In this document: positions 8,790 through 17,522 of the stretch, piece after piece
Layout: each line of letters opens with the position of its first letter
Numbering within the stretch: position 1 is the first letter of the stretch
Assembly (NCBI GenBank): GCA_021789755.1
Contig: JAJYJD010000001.1
Coordinates: forward strand, 1 to 42,940
From: Bacteroidota bacterium
GTDB taxonomy: Bacteria > Bacteroidota > Ignavibacteria > Kryptoniales > JAKASW01
DNA: 42,940 nucleotides
Direction: 5' to 3'
Translations under genes and position numbers: made by a program
The notes under the pieces: model-generated
Told to the model about the DNA's origin: nothing
The model's input: the letters and a program-made list of their open reading frames with translations, nothing else
Databases searched by the model: none

Positions 8790-9898
8790 TGCTGTACTAC
8801 TTATTCGACCTGCTGGAGAGGCAATTTCATCCGCCGGGTTTCGGTGTCTTCAGGTACATCACTTTCAGGTCGGCGCTTGCGGCGTTGACGGCGCTGTTTA
8901 TCAGCTTCGTCATCGGACCGATTGTTATAAGGATGCTGCACAAACACCAGATCGGCGAGCAGGTAAAAGTCGAGGGGCCTAAATCTCATCTGTCGAAGGC
9001 AGGAACGCCGACAATGGGAGGAATCATTATATTGGGTTCAGTGATTGTGCCGCTGCTGCTATGGGGAGACCTTACGAATCCATACGTGCTTTTGATACTC
9101 TTCATAACGGTTTGGCTCGGCATCCTCGGATTTGCCGACGATTACCTGAAAGTCATCAAGAAAAAACGCAAGGGGCTGATCGCGCGATACAAACTTATCG
9201 GCCAGATAGCGATTGGTCTTCTCGCGGGTGCGGCACTCTACTTTTCACCCCAACTTCACCCGTTCAATTCCATAACTACTGTGCCTTTCTTCAAGAACCT
9301 GAATTTCGATTACGGTCTCTTTTATATACCGGTGGTCATCTTTATAATCACGGCTACATCGAACGCGGTGAACCTGACCGACGGGCTGGACGGACTCGCC
9401 ATCGGTTCGGTCGGCATTACGGCGCTTACGCTCGCACTGATGTGCTACGTCTCGGGAAACATCGAGTTCAGCCGGTACCTGAACATTATTTATCTCCGCG
9501 GATCGGGAGAACTCACGGTTTATTGTTTCGCGCTTGTGGGAGCGTCCCTCGGTTTTCTCTGGTACAATACATACCCCGCTCAGGTATTCATGGGCGATAC
9601 CGGATCTCTTGCCCTCGGCGGGGCTATCGCCGGCATATCTATCATGATCAAAAAGGAGCTTGTGCTCCCGATTATCGGCGGAATCTTCGTGGCGGAGGAG
9701 ATTTCCGTGATCATGCAGGTCCTCTATTTCAGGTACACGAAGAGGAAATACGGCGAGGGGAGGCGCATCTTCAAGATGGCCCCTCTCCATCATCACTTCG
9801 AACTTGACGGCGTATCGGAGCCGAAAATTGTCACAAGATTTTATATCGTCGGGATTCTCCTGGCGATTCTGAGCCTGACTACTTTCAAGGTGAGATAA
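8789..9898 (+). CDS. mraY: Phospho-N-acetylmuramoyl-pentapeptide transferase MraY
   Basis: This polytopic membrane protein carries the motifs KAGTPTMGG, NAVNLTDGLDGLA and MAPLHHHFE. Confidence 0.96.
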   Translation: MLYYLFDLLERQFHPPGFGVFRYITFRSALAALTALFISFVIGPIVIRMLHKHQIGEQVKVEGPKSHLSKAGTPTMGGIIILGSVIVPLLLWGDLTNPYVLLILFITVWLGILGFADDYLKVIKKKRKGLIARYKLIGQIAIGLLAGAALYFSPQLHPFNSITTVPFFKNLNFDYGLFYIPVVIFIITATSNAVNLTDGLDGLAIGSVGITALTLALMCYVSGNIEFSRYLNIIYLRGSGELTVYCFALVGASLGFLWYNTYPAQVFMGDTGSLALGGAIAGISIMIKKELVLPIIGGIFVAEEISVIMQVLYFRYTKRKYGEGRRIFKMAPLHHHFELDGVSEPKIVTRFYIVGILLAILSLTTFKVR

Positions 9899-9899
9899 A

Positions 9900-11255
9900 T
9901 TGGGCAAACCGGAAAAAATAAAGTCCGCAAGAGTATCGATCCTTGGCGCCGCGAGGAGCGGGTTAGCGGTCGCCAGACTTCTCAAGGCTAATGGCGCAGA
10001 TGTTTTCGTCAGCGATAAGAAGCCTCTCGAGGAGGCGGCCCAGCAGATTCAGATCCTCGAAAGCATCGGCGTGGAGCATGAGTTCGGTTCTCATTCGGAC
10101 AGGTTGTTCGATGCGGATTTCATGGTTGTCAGTCCCGGCGTTCCCTCGAACCTCAATCTCGTCCAGCATGCGATGAAAGTCGGACTGAAAGTGTACAGTG
10201 AGGTCGAAGTTGCTTCCTGGTTCTGCCGCGCCCCTATCGTGGCAATCACGGGATCGAACGGCAAGACCACTACGACGACACTGATCGGAAAGATTTTCGA
10301 GAAGTCCGGCCGCAAAACCGTCGTCGCAGGCAACATCGGGTACCCGATATCGGATTACGTCGCCGACATGGATGAGCAGGCAGTCGCAGTGCTGGAAGTG
10401 TCGAGTTTCCAGCTCGACCACGTCGACACATTCAAACCGAAGGTTGCGGTATTGCTGAACATAACGCCTGACCATCTCGACAGGTACGAGAATTACCAGG
10501 CATACATGAACTCAAAGTTCAGAATTTTCATGAACCAAACGGCGGATGACACATCCGTGTACAGCCACGATGACGAGGCAGTCGAAAAGCACTGCCGGGA
10601 CTTGAAGACTATTCTAAAGCCTTTCAGTGTCAAAGACAGGATCAACTGCGGCGGATTCGTGGATGATGAGAAATTGTATTTGGTCGAAAACGGCGAACCG
10701 GTCTATCTGATGGATTGGAAGGAGATAAAAATACGGGGAGTTCATAACCTGTATAACTCCTTCGCGTCGGCGTTGGCAGCAAGGTCACTCGATGTCGACA
10801 TGGAAGTCATAGCCGACACCCTGAGAGAATTTCCAGGCGTCGAACACAGACTCGAGCCGGTACGCGAGCTTGACGGCGTGAGATACGTGAACGATTCCAA
10901 GGCGACCAACGTGGACGCGGTCTGGTATGCGCTGGGAAGTTTCGATGCGCCGATCGTCCTCATAGCCGGTGGAAAAGACAAAGGCAACGACTACTCTCCT
11001 CTCTTCGAACCGGTGAAAAACAAAGTGCGCGCCATGATACTCATCGGAATGGCTGCCCCGAAGATGCAGAAAGAGTTTTCCGAAAAGACGAAATGTGTGA
11101 TGGCCGCCTCGATGGAAGACGCGGTCGCCAAGGCACGGCGCGAGGCAAAGAAGGGAGACGTCGTCCTGCTCTCTCCCGCCTGCGCGAGTTTCGATATGTT
11201 CCAGGATTACGAACACAGAGGAAGGGAATTCAAAAGACTGGTGATGGAGCTGTGA
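9900..11255 (+). CDS. murD: UDP-N-acetylmuramoylalanine--D-glutamate ligase MurD
   Basis: An N-terminal Rossmann motif (ILGAARSG), the P-loop GSNGKTTT and a Mur ligase C-terminal domain are present. The start codon is TTG at 9900. Confidence 0.93.
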   Translation: MGKPEKIKSARVSILGAARSGLAVARLLKANGADVFVSDKKPLEEAAQQIQILESIGVEHEFGSHSDRLFDADFMVVSPGVPSNLNLVQHAMKVGLKVYSEVEVASWFCRAPIVAITGSNGKTTTTTLIGKIFEKSGRKTVVAGNIGYPISDYVADMDEQAVAVLEVSSFQLDHVDTFKPKVAVLLNITPDHLDRYENYQAYMNSKFRIFMNQTADDTSVYSHDDEAVEKHCRDLKTILKPFSVKDRINCGGFVDDEKLYLVENGEPVYLMDWKEIKIRGVHNLYNSFASALAARSLDVDMEVIADTLREFPGVEHRLEPVRELDGVRYVNDSKATNVDAVWYALGSFDAPIVLIAGGKDKGNDYSPLFEPVKNKVRAMILIGMAAPKMQKEFSEKTKCVMAASMEDAVAKARREAKKGDVVLLSPACASFDMFQDYEHRGREFKRLVMEL

Positions 11256-12472
11256 ACCGTTCCGCATCAAATATTGGAAGCGCGGATTTGCAGACTGCGC
11301 AAGCAGGCGAGAATCGTATCAAACCGGCCGACAAGTGGTTCCTGTTCGCGGTACTTTCTCTTATGTTCATGAGCCTGGTGGTCGTATACAGCGCGAGTGC
11401 CTTCTGGGCCGAGCTGAAATTCCAAAACCCTGCGTATCTGCTTCGGAGCCACCTCTTTAAAGTTGTGATCGGGATGTTCCTGATTTTTGCCGTCGCGAAA
11501 CTTGACTATCACAGGTACCAGAAGTATGCGTTCCACCTGCTGGTCATCGCCGCATTTCTCGTCCTTGTTGCAATCGGGCAGCGCGTAATCATAAAGGGCG
11601 CGGCCCGCTGGATACATCTCGGGATATTTAGTTTCGAGCCTTCAGAGGTAGCGCGCATGGCCGTACTCTTTTTCGTCGCGGCATATCTCTCTGAAAACGC
11701 CGAAAAACTCGCGGATTACCGGGTTTTGATGACACCCGTAGTTGCTACGCTTGTTGTCGCCGGATTGATCGTTCTGCAGCCAAATTTCAGTACCGCCTTT
11801 ATGATTCTGGCTGTCGTCGGCGTGATGTTCCTCGCCGGTGGTGTGCGGAAAAGACACCTTGTCGCGCTTTTCGGAGCAGCCGTTGCTGTCGGCGCAGTGG
11901 TACTAATATTTGAGTCTTATCGCGTTCACAGGATCGAGACGTGGCTGAATCACGGCGCCGGGAATTACCAGGTGCGACAGTCGGTAATCGGTTTCGGAAA
12001 CGGCGGTATATTGGGCGTCGGGCCGGGCAACAGCAGGCAGCGGAATCTGTTCCTGCCGGAATCGTACGGAGATTTCATCTATTCCATCATCGGTGAGGAA
12101 TACGGTTTGTGGGGATCGACGCTTGTGCTGCTGATATTTCTCTTCATTGCGTTTCGCGGGACGGCGATTGCCAAGCGGGCGCCCGACAGGTTCGGTTATC
12201 TTCTCGCGACAGGAGTTACGACCGGAATCTGCTCATACGCGTTCGTGAATGCGGGAGTGGCGACCGGACTCTTTCCCACTACCGGACTTCCGATGCCGTT
12301 CGTGAGCTATGGCGGAACGGCAATGATCATAAACTCCATTGCTGTCGGAATTCTTCTGAATGTTTCCAAACAGGTCCCGGATTTGAGAGAAACTCAATCT
12401 GCGGTATCACGAGCGTTTCGGAAATCCAAAGTGAGAAGCGATGAGCCCGTCGTGGGGAGGATATACAGCTGA
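11252..12472 (+). CDS. ftsW: Peptidoglycan glycosyltransferase FtsW (SEDS family)
   Basis: The polytopic SEDS protein has the motifs FQPSE-like FEPSEVARM and PFVSYGGTAM. The ORF-track start at 11093 lies inside murD. The GTG at 11252 overlaps the murD TGA (GTGA) and gives a normal 406-aa FtsW. Confidence 0.88.
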   Translation: MNRSASNIGSADLQTAQAGENRIKPADKWFLFAVLSLMFMSLVVVYSASAFWAELKFQNPAYLLRSHLFKVVIGMFLIFAVAKLDYHRYQKYAFHLLVIAAFLVLVAIGQRVIIKGAARWIHLGIFSFEPSEVARMAVLFFVAAYLSENAEKLADYRVLMTPVVATLVVAGLIVLQPNFSTAFMILAVVGVMFLAGGVRKRHLVALFGAAVAVGAVVLIFESYRVHRIETWLNHGAGNYQVRQSVIGFGNGGILGVGPGNSRQRNLFLPESYGDFIYSIIGEEYGLWGSTLVLLIFLFIAFRGTAIAKRAPDRFGYLLATGVTTGICSYAFVNAGVATGLFPTTGLPMPFVSYGGTAMIINSIAVGILLNVSKQVPDLRETQSAVSRAFRKSKVRSDEPVVGRIYS

Positions 12473-13560
12473 TGGTACGCGTGGTGTTGGCAGGAGGAGG
12501 TACCGGCGGTCATGTATTCCCGGCAGTTGCGATTGCGGAAAGACTTATGACGACCAGGGATGTCGACGTAATGTTTGTCGGAACGAAGAACAAGATCGAG
12601 GCGCGAGTCGTGCCGCAGCTCGGATACAAGTTCCATGCGATATGGATCGGCGGTTTCTCCAGGAAGTTCAGGCTTTCGAATTTCCTGCTGCCGCTGAAGA
12701 TAATTGTGTCGGTCGCGCAATCACTGAAGCTGCTCATGACGTACAGGCCTCAGGTAGTAGTCGGTACCGGCGGATATGTTTCGGGTCCGGTGTGCGCTGC
12801 GGCGGTCATGACGAGAACACCTATCGTCCTCCAGGAACACAACAGCTATCCCGGAGCGATGACAAGGCTGTTCGCGCCGTTCGCACGCGAAATACACATT
12901 GCTTTTGAGTCATCGAGAAGGTATTTTCGTGTGCGCCGCAGTTTGTACCTGACGGGGAGTCCCGTCAGAAAAATGCCGAGGGTAAAGCGAGAGGAAGCGC
13001 TGAACTTCTTCGGCCTAAGCGCTGAGAGAAGAACACTCCTTGTTACAGGCGGCAGTCTGGGAGCGGTAAAACTCAACAGTGCAGTCTCAAAAGTCGTTGA
13101 CGAGTTAATAAGCCGCAAATACCAGTTGATATGGCAGACGGGCTCCGTTGATTACGAGAGAATCAGCGAGAGCCAAAAGAATCACTCGGATTGCATCCGG
13201 GTTGAGAAGTTTGTAGAGAGAATGGATTACGCCTATGCGGCGGCCGATGCTGCCGTTTGCAGGGGCGGCGCTACCACTATCGCTGAACTTATCTACTTCA
13301 ACCTCCCGGCTTTAATCATCCCCTATCCTTACGCTGCAGCGAATCACCAGGCGGAAAATGCCCGCGCCCTTGTGGAGAGCGGCGCGGCCGTCATGGTACA
13401 GGAATCAGATGCGGAAGAAAAGTTTGCGAAGGAACTCCTTGGTCTTCTTGATGATCCTTCCCGGCTCGATTTTATGCGCAGAAAAATCGGAGAGCTCTCG
13501 CACGAAGACGCCGCAGACGTGATAGCCAAATCGGTATTGAGGATAGCCGAAAATGAGTAA
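12472..13560 (+). CDS. murG: UDP-N-acetylglucosamine--N-acetylmuramyl-(pentapeptide) pyrophosphoryl-undecaprenol GlcNAc transferase MurG
   Basis: The motifs AGGGTGGHVFPAVAIAE, GGYVSGP and NHQAENARAL are present. The dcw position fits. Confidence 0.95.
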   Translation: MVRVVLAGGGTGGHVFPAVAIAERLMTTRDVDVMFVGTKNKIEARVVPQLGYKFHAIWIGGFSRKFRLSNFLLPLKIIVSVAQSLKLLMTYRPQVVVGTGGYVSGPVCAAAVMTRTPIVLQEHNSYPGAMTRLFAPFAREIHIAFESSRRYFRVRRSLYLTGSPVRKMPRVKREEALNFFGLSAERRTLLVTGGSLGAVKLNSAVSKVVDELISRKYQLIWQTGSVDYERISESQKNHSDCIRVEKFVERMDYAYAAADAAVCRGGATTIAELIYFNLPALIIPYPYAAANHQAENARALVESGAAVMVQESDAEEKFAKELLGLLDDPSRLDFMRRKIGELSHEDAADVIAKSVLRIAENE

Positions 13561-14014
13561 ACACTTCAAGCGAAGATTCGAGTTTTATTACCAGTCGGTC
13601 GCGGTTTATGCGATCGCGCTCATAATTTACGCTGTCGTGAGAGGGACTTTCGCCGAAAGCGAGTTCAGGCTGGTATTCAGGGACCCGATCGTTTATGCGT
13701 TCATCCTTGTACTGGTTTACTCGATCGTCGTGCTCGCCTTCAACATGCTCTACCAGCGCGATGTTGTCGTCACGGACGATTCGATAATCTTCCAGAACAG
13801 GTTCGACAGCAAGGAAATAAAGATTTCTGAACTCGAGTGGATCCGTGTCGGCAAGGCGAAGCGGATGAAAGTGCGCGGGAGCTTCAGGGTGATAAAACTG
13901 AAACTGAAAGATCAGATGCGCGCCCTCCGCATCAATCCGGTCCATTTCCACGACGAAAAGAGTATGATGGAGACTTTCAGAGAGCTCAGTCAGAAGGTCG
14001 GCGTGCATGTTTAA
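13553..14014 (+). CDS. Hypothetical small membrane protein (2 TM plus PH-like cytoplasmic domain) embedded in the dcw cluster
   Basis: The 153-aa protein has two hydrophobic helices (VAVYAIALIIYAVV and IVYAFILVLVYSIVVLAF). These are followed by a beta-rich segment and terminal helix reminiscent of bacterial PH (bPH/YdbT-like) domains. It overlaps the murG stop by 8 nt and the murC start by 8 nt. Confidence 0.7.
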   Translation: MSKHFKRRFEFYYQSVAVYAIALIIYAVVRGTFAESEFRLVFRDPIVYAFILVLVYSIVVLAFNMLYQRDVVVTDDSIIFQNRFDSKEIKISELEWIRVGKAKRMKVRGSFRVIKLKLKDQMRALRINPVHFHDEKSMMETFRELSQKVGVHV

Positions 14015-15410
14015 GAGTGTAAAAAAAATCCATATGGTCGGTATCGGCGGCATCGGCATGAGCGGCATAGCGGAAATATTGCTGGACAGCGGCTTCGAGG
14101 TGACCGGCTCGGACCGCCAGTTGAGCGAGATTACCGAGCGCCTGAAGAAGCTGGGAGCGAGAGTCTACAAGGGACACGCGGCAAAGAATCTCGACGAGGC
14201 GGATGTGGTCGTTTATTCGTCGGCGGTTCACCAGGACAATCCGGAACTCGTCGCAGCGGCCGAGAAAAAGATTCCCGTGATCCGCAGGGCCGAGATGCTT
14301 GCAGAGCTCATGCGGATGAAGTACGGCATCGCCGTCGCCGGCACGCATGGAAAGACCACCACGACCAGCATGACAAGTCTCGTGCTCATGGAGGGCGGGC
14401 TGGACCCGACGGTCATAGTCGGCGGAAAGCTTTCGAGCTTCGGCGGAACCAACGCGCGGCTCGGCCACGGCGAATATATCGTCGTCGAGGCGGACGAATT
14501 CGACCGGTCGTTTCTCCAGCTCACTCCGGTCATAGCGGCAATCACGACTCTGGAACGCGAGCATCTCGACATCTATACCGACCTCGAGGACATAAAGCGA
14601 GCCTTCGTCGAATTTGCGAACAAGGTCCCGTTCTACGGTTTTGTAATACTCTGCCTGGACGAACCATCGATCCAGGAAATTCTCCCTCTCATAAGGAAGA
14701 AGGTGGTCACCTACGGGCTGAACGCGCAGTCGGACCTGCGTGCGGTAAATATTTCTTTTCATGAGAATCAGAGCACGTTCACGCTGATGCGGAACGGCAG
14801 AGATCTCGGAGAGATCAAGTTGAAGGTTCCCGGTCTGCACAACATCAAGAATTCGATGGCCGCAATCGGCATCGGGCTGGAACTCGGGATAGACTTCCCG
14901 CAGATCAGGAGGGCCGTGGAATCATTCACGGGCGTCTACAGGCGTATCGAAATAAAGGCAGAAACCGACGGGGTGATGGTGGTTGACGATTACGCGCACC
15001 ACCCGACGGAAGTAAAGGCGACGCTCTCGGCACTGAAGTCCGGATGGCCGGAAAAGAGGGTAATTGCGGTATTCCAGCCGCATCTTTATTCGAGGACTCG
15101 GGATTTCCATGACGAGTTCGGAAGAAGCTTCCTCAACGCCGACGTTCTCATCGTCACGGAAGTCTACCCGGCGCGCGAGGAGCCGATACAGGGAATTACA
15201 GGTGAGCTCATCGTAAACGACGCGAGGGCCTTCGGGCATAAGGAAGCCTATTATGTACAGGACAAAAAGCAGCTTCCCGAATTTCTGATGAAGACCAAGA
15301 AACCCGGCGACATCGTCGTCACGCTCGGTGCCGGCGACATTTCGAAATACGGCGAAGAGTTCATCGCTCTCCTGAAGGGTAAGGGAGCCAGGCAGAAGGC
15401 GAGAAAATAG
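14007..15410 (+). CDS. murC: UDP-N-acetylmuramate--L-alanine ligase MurC
   Basis: The motifs HMVGIGGIGMSGIAEIL and the P-loop GTHGKTTTTSM are present, with a Mur ligase C-terminal domain. Confidence 0.95.
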   Translation: MFKSVKKIHMVGIGGIGMSGIAEILLDSGFEVTGSDRQLSEITERLKKLGARVYKGHAAKNLDEADVVVYSSAVHQDNPELVAAAEKKIPVIRRAEMLAELMRMKYGIAVAGTHGKTTTTSMTSLVLMEGGLDPTVIVGGKLSSFGGTNARLGHGEYIVVEADEFDRSFLQLTPVIAAITTLEREHLDIYTDLEDIKRAFVEFANKVPFYGFVILCLDEPSIQEILPLIRKKVVTYGLNAQSDLRAVNISFHENQSTFTLMRNGRDLGEIKLKVPGLHNIKNSMAAIGIGLELGIDFPQIRRAVESFTGVYRRIEIKAETDGVMVVDDYAHHPTEVKATLSALKSGWPEKRVIAVFQPHLYSRTRDFHDEFGRSFLNADVLIVTEVYPAREEPIQGITGELIVNDARAFGHKEAYYVQDKKQLPEFLMKTKKPGDIVVTLGAGDISKYGEEFIALLKGKGARQKARK

Positions 15411-15414
15411 GACA

Positions 15415-16188
15415 ATGCTGAAGATCGAACGGACATACCTGAATCTGATACTGGTGATCAGCGCACTGGCAGCTCTCTATTTCTTGTCTCAAGGCTGGAA
15501 GAAACAGCTGGTCGTGGAGAAAGTGGAAGTCTACGACACGCACATCTTGACCGCCGGTGAAGTCAAATCTCTTGCAGACGTCACGATGGGGAGTTCGCTT
15601 TACAAGCTGAGTCTCATGAAGATTACCAGGAGGGTGGAGGAAAACCCGTTTGTCGACAATGCCGTAGTAGTACGTGCGATCCCATATGACGTAACGATCA
15701 CCGTTCAGGAACGTGATCCGATAGCGCTGGTGGCTACTCAGATTTCCATGTTTTCGGTCGATGGTCATGGGATAATTCTTCCTCTGCCGATGAAAAGGAA
15801 GAACAACATGCCGGTCATCACGAACGTTGCTGGCCCGCTGTCGGTCGGCGACACTGCGAAGGGTGCGCTGATGCAGGCGGTTGATTTCGTGAGGGATGCG
15901 CAGAAGTATGGCTCGTCTCTCAGCGCAAGCATAGCGGAGGTGAGGCTGGACAGCAATAACCTGATCGCTTACACGACATCGTCTTCTCTGCCCATCATAA
16001 TCGGGAGGAACAATTTCGAGAGGAAGCTTCTTTACCTTCAGAAGTTTCTAACCGAGGTTGCCGACAATGGCGAACCGAACTGCAGCTACGTCGATCTGAG
16101 ATTCAACGGCCAGATTGTTATCGGCACAGGAACCGGCGATTTTCACAGGCAAATCGCGATGGTGAGACCGACCGGGAAAGAAAACTGA
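15415..16188 (+). CDS. ftsQ: Cell division protein FtsQ (TM plus POTRA)
   Basis: An N-terminal TM helix is followed by a POTRA-like segment (VEKVEVYDTHILTAGEV...NPFVDNAVVVRAIP). It lies between murC and ftsA. Confidence 0.85.
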   Translation: MLKIERTYLNLILVISALAALYFLSQGWKKQLVVEKVEVYDTHILTAGEVKSLADVTMGSSLYKLSLMKITRRVEENPFVDNAVVVRAIPYDVTITVQERDPIALVATQISMFSVDGHGIILPLPMKRKNNMPVITNVAGPLSVGDTAKGALMQAVDFVRDAQKYGSSLSASIAEVRLDSNNLIAYTTSSSLPIIIGRNNFERKLLYLQKFLTEVADNGEPNCSYVDLRFNGQIVIGTGTGDFHRQIAMVRPTGKEN

Positions 16189-16197
16189 GGTGTGTAA

Positions 16198-17505
16198 ATG
16201 AGTAACAACAACATGATAGTTGCGCTGGATATCGGAACGACGAAAGTCTGCGCGCTGGTCGTTGAAAGCGACCAGAACGGCAAGCTGAACGTTCTCGGCA
16301 TAGGGACAAGCAAGTCCGGCGGCATGAGCCGCGGTGTCGTTGCTAACATCGACAGGACGGTGAAGTCCATCCAGGAGGCAGTACGGATCGCGGAGTCGAA
16401 GCCGGGAACGAGGATAAAGAGCGCCATTGTCGGAATAGCCGGCGAACATATAGACAGTTTCAAGACAAACAGCATCATTACGATAAGCAACGCCGAACAT
16501 GAGATAACCGAGAACGACATCGACCGGTTGATCGAAGACGCAAAGAGGGTTCACCTCTCGAGAGACAGGGAAATCATACACATTATCCCCCAGGAATTTA
16601 TAATCGACGGGCAGACCGTCACGCACGATCCGATCGGGATGGCGGGCGTCAGAGTCGAGGCTTCGATGCACGTCGTGACCGGTCTTGTCACCGCGGCGCA
16701 GAACATACACAAGTGCGTTGAGAGAGCCGGGCTGAAGGTCGAAGAGCTCGTGCTGCAGCCGCTCGCGTCGAGCTACTCCGTATTGACGGAGGACGAGAAA
16801 GAAGTCGGCGTCGCACTGCTGGACATCGGCGGCGGCACCACCGACCTCGCTGTATTTGAAGACCGGACGATCCGTCACACGGCAGTCATCCCGATCGCGG
16901 GAGATCACATAACGACCGACATCCGCAAAGGGCTGGGAATTCTTCCGGAGCAGGCTGAGGAGCTGAAGGTGAACCACGGTTATGCGATGGTGGCCGAGGT
17001 CGTGGATGACGAACCCATATTGATACCGGGAATCGGCGGAAGAAAACCGATCGAGATCAACAAGAAGCTTCTCGCACAGATCATACAACCGCGCGTCGAG
17101 GAGCTGCTCGATATCGTGGCGATGGAGATCAAGCGCTCCGGGTATTCGCGTCACCTCTCAGCTGGAATAGTCCTTACCGGCGGCGGCGCGCTGCTCAAAG
17201 GGATGCCGGAGCTTGTAGAGTATGTTCTCGGGGTACCGGCGAAGATCGGGATACCGCAGACGTTCGACGGCGGCTTTGCCCGCGAAGTGGAAAACCCGAT
17301 ATATGCGACGGCGGTCGGGCTCGTGCAATACGGGCTGAAGCGCGGCGCAGGCAAGTCGACGATCGAATTTGCCGAGCGTGCTCATGATACCGAGGGGGCG
17401 GAGGAGAGAGAACCTTCCAAGAACGGGAAGGGTGAAAAGAGTTTCGTTGGAAAGAGCGTCCAATTTCTTAAAAAGTTTATTAGTAAAAACATAGACAATG
17501 TCTAA
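16198..17505 (+). CDS. ftsA: Cell division protein FtsA
   Basis: Actin-fold motifs are present (VALDIGTTKVCALV, LLDIGGGTTDLAVF, VLTGGGALLKG). There is a C-terminal amphipathic helix (VQFLKKFISK). A GAGGTG Shine-Dalgarno sequence lies upstream. Confidence 0.95.
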   Translation: MSNNNMIVALDIGTTKVCALVVESDQNGKLNVLGIGTSKSGGMSRGVVANIDRTVKSIQEAVRIAESKPGTRIKSAIVGIAGEHIDSFKTNSIITISNAEHEITENDIDRLIEDAKRVHLSRDREIIHIIPQEFIIDGQTVTHDPIGMAGVRVEASMHVVTGLVTAAQNIHKCVERAGLKVEELVLQPLASSYSVLTEDEKEVGVALLDIGGGTTDLAVFEDRTIRHTAVIPIAGDHITTDIRKGLGILPEQAEELKVNHGYAMVAEVVDDEPILIPGIGGRKPIEINKKLLAQIIQPRVEELLDIVAMEIKRSGYSRHLSAGIVLTGGGALLKGMPELVEYVLGVPAKIGIPQTFDGGFAREVENPIYATAVGLVQYGLKRGAGKSTIEFAERAHDTEGAEEREPSKNGKGEKSFVGKSVQFLKKFISKNIDNV

Positions 17506-17522
17506 AAAGGAGGCATAACAAC

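Noticed and set aside
9061-9807. 248-aa alternative-frame ORF inside mraY, with similar alternative-frame ORFs in ftsK (31043-31828), ftsW and others
   Set aside because: These are same-strand or opposite-strand shadow ORFs with extreme Arg/Gly/Pro content, lying inside genes with strong homology signatures.
11093-11251. N-terminal extension of the ftsW ORF into murD
   Set aside because: The extension is Arg/Gly-rich and lies entirely within the murD coding sequence. The GTG at 11252 overlapping the murD stop gives a normal-length FtsW.
13986-14840. 284-aa ORF antisense to murC
   Set aside because: It is the mirror frame of a well-supported MurC gene. It has no motifs and an Arg-rich composition.
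16048-17154. 368-aa ORF antisense to ftsA
   Set aside because: FtsA on the plus strand is unambiguous, and the antisense ORF has no recognisable domain.
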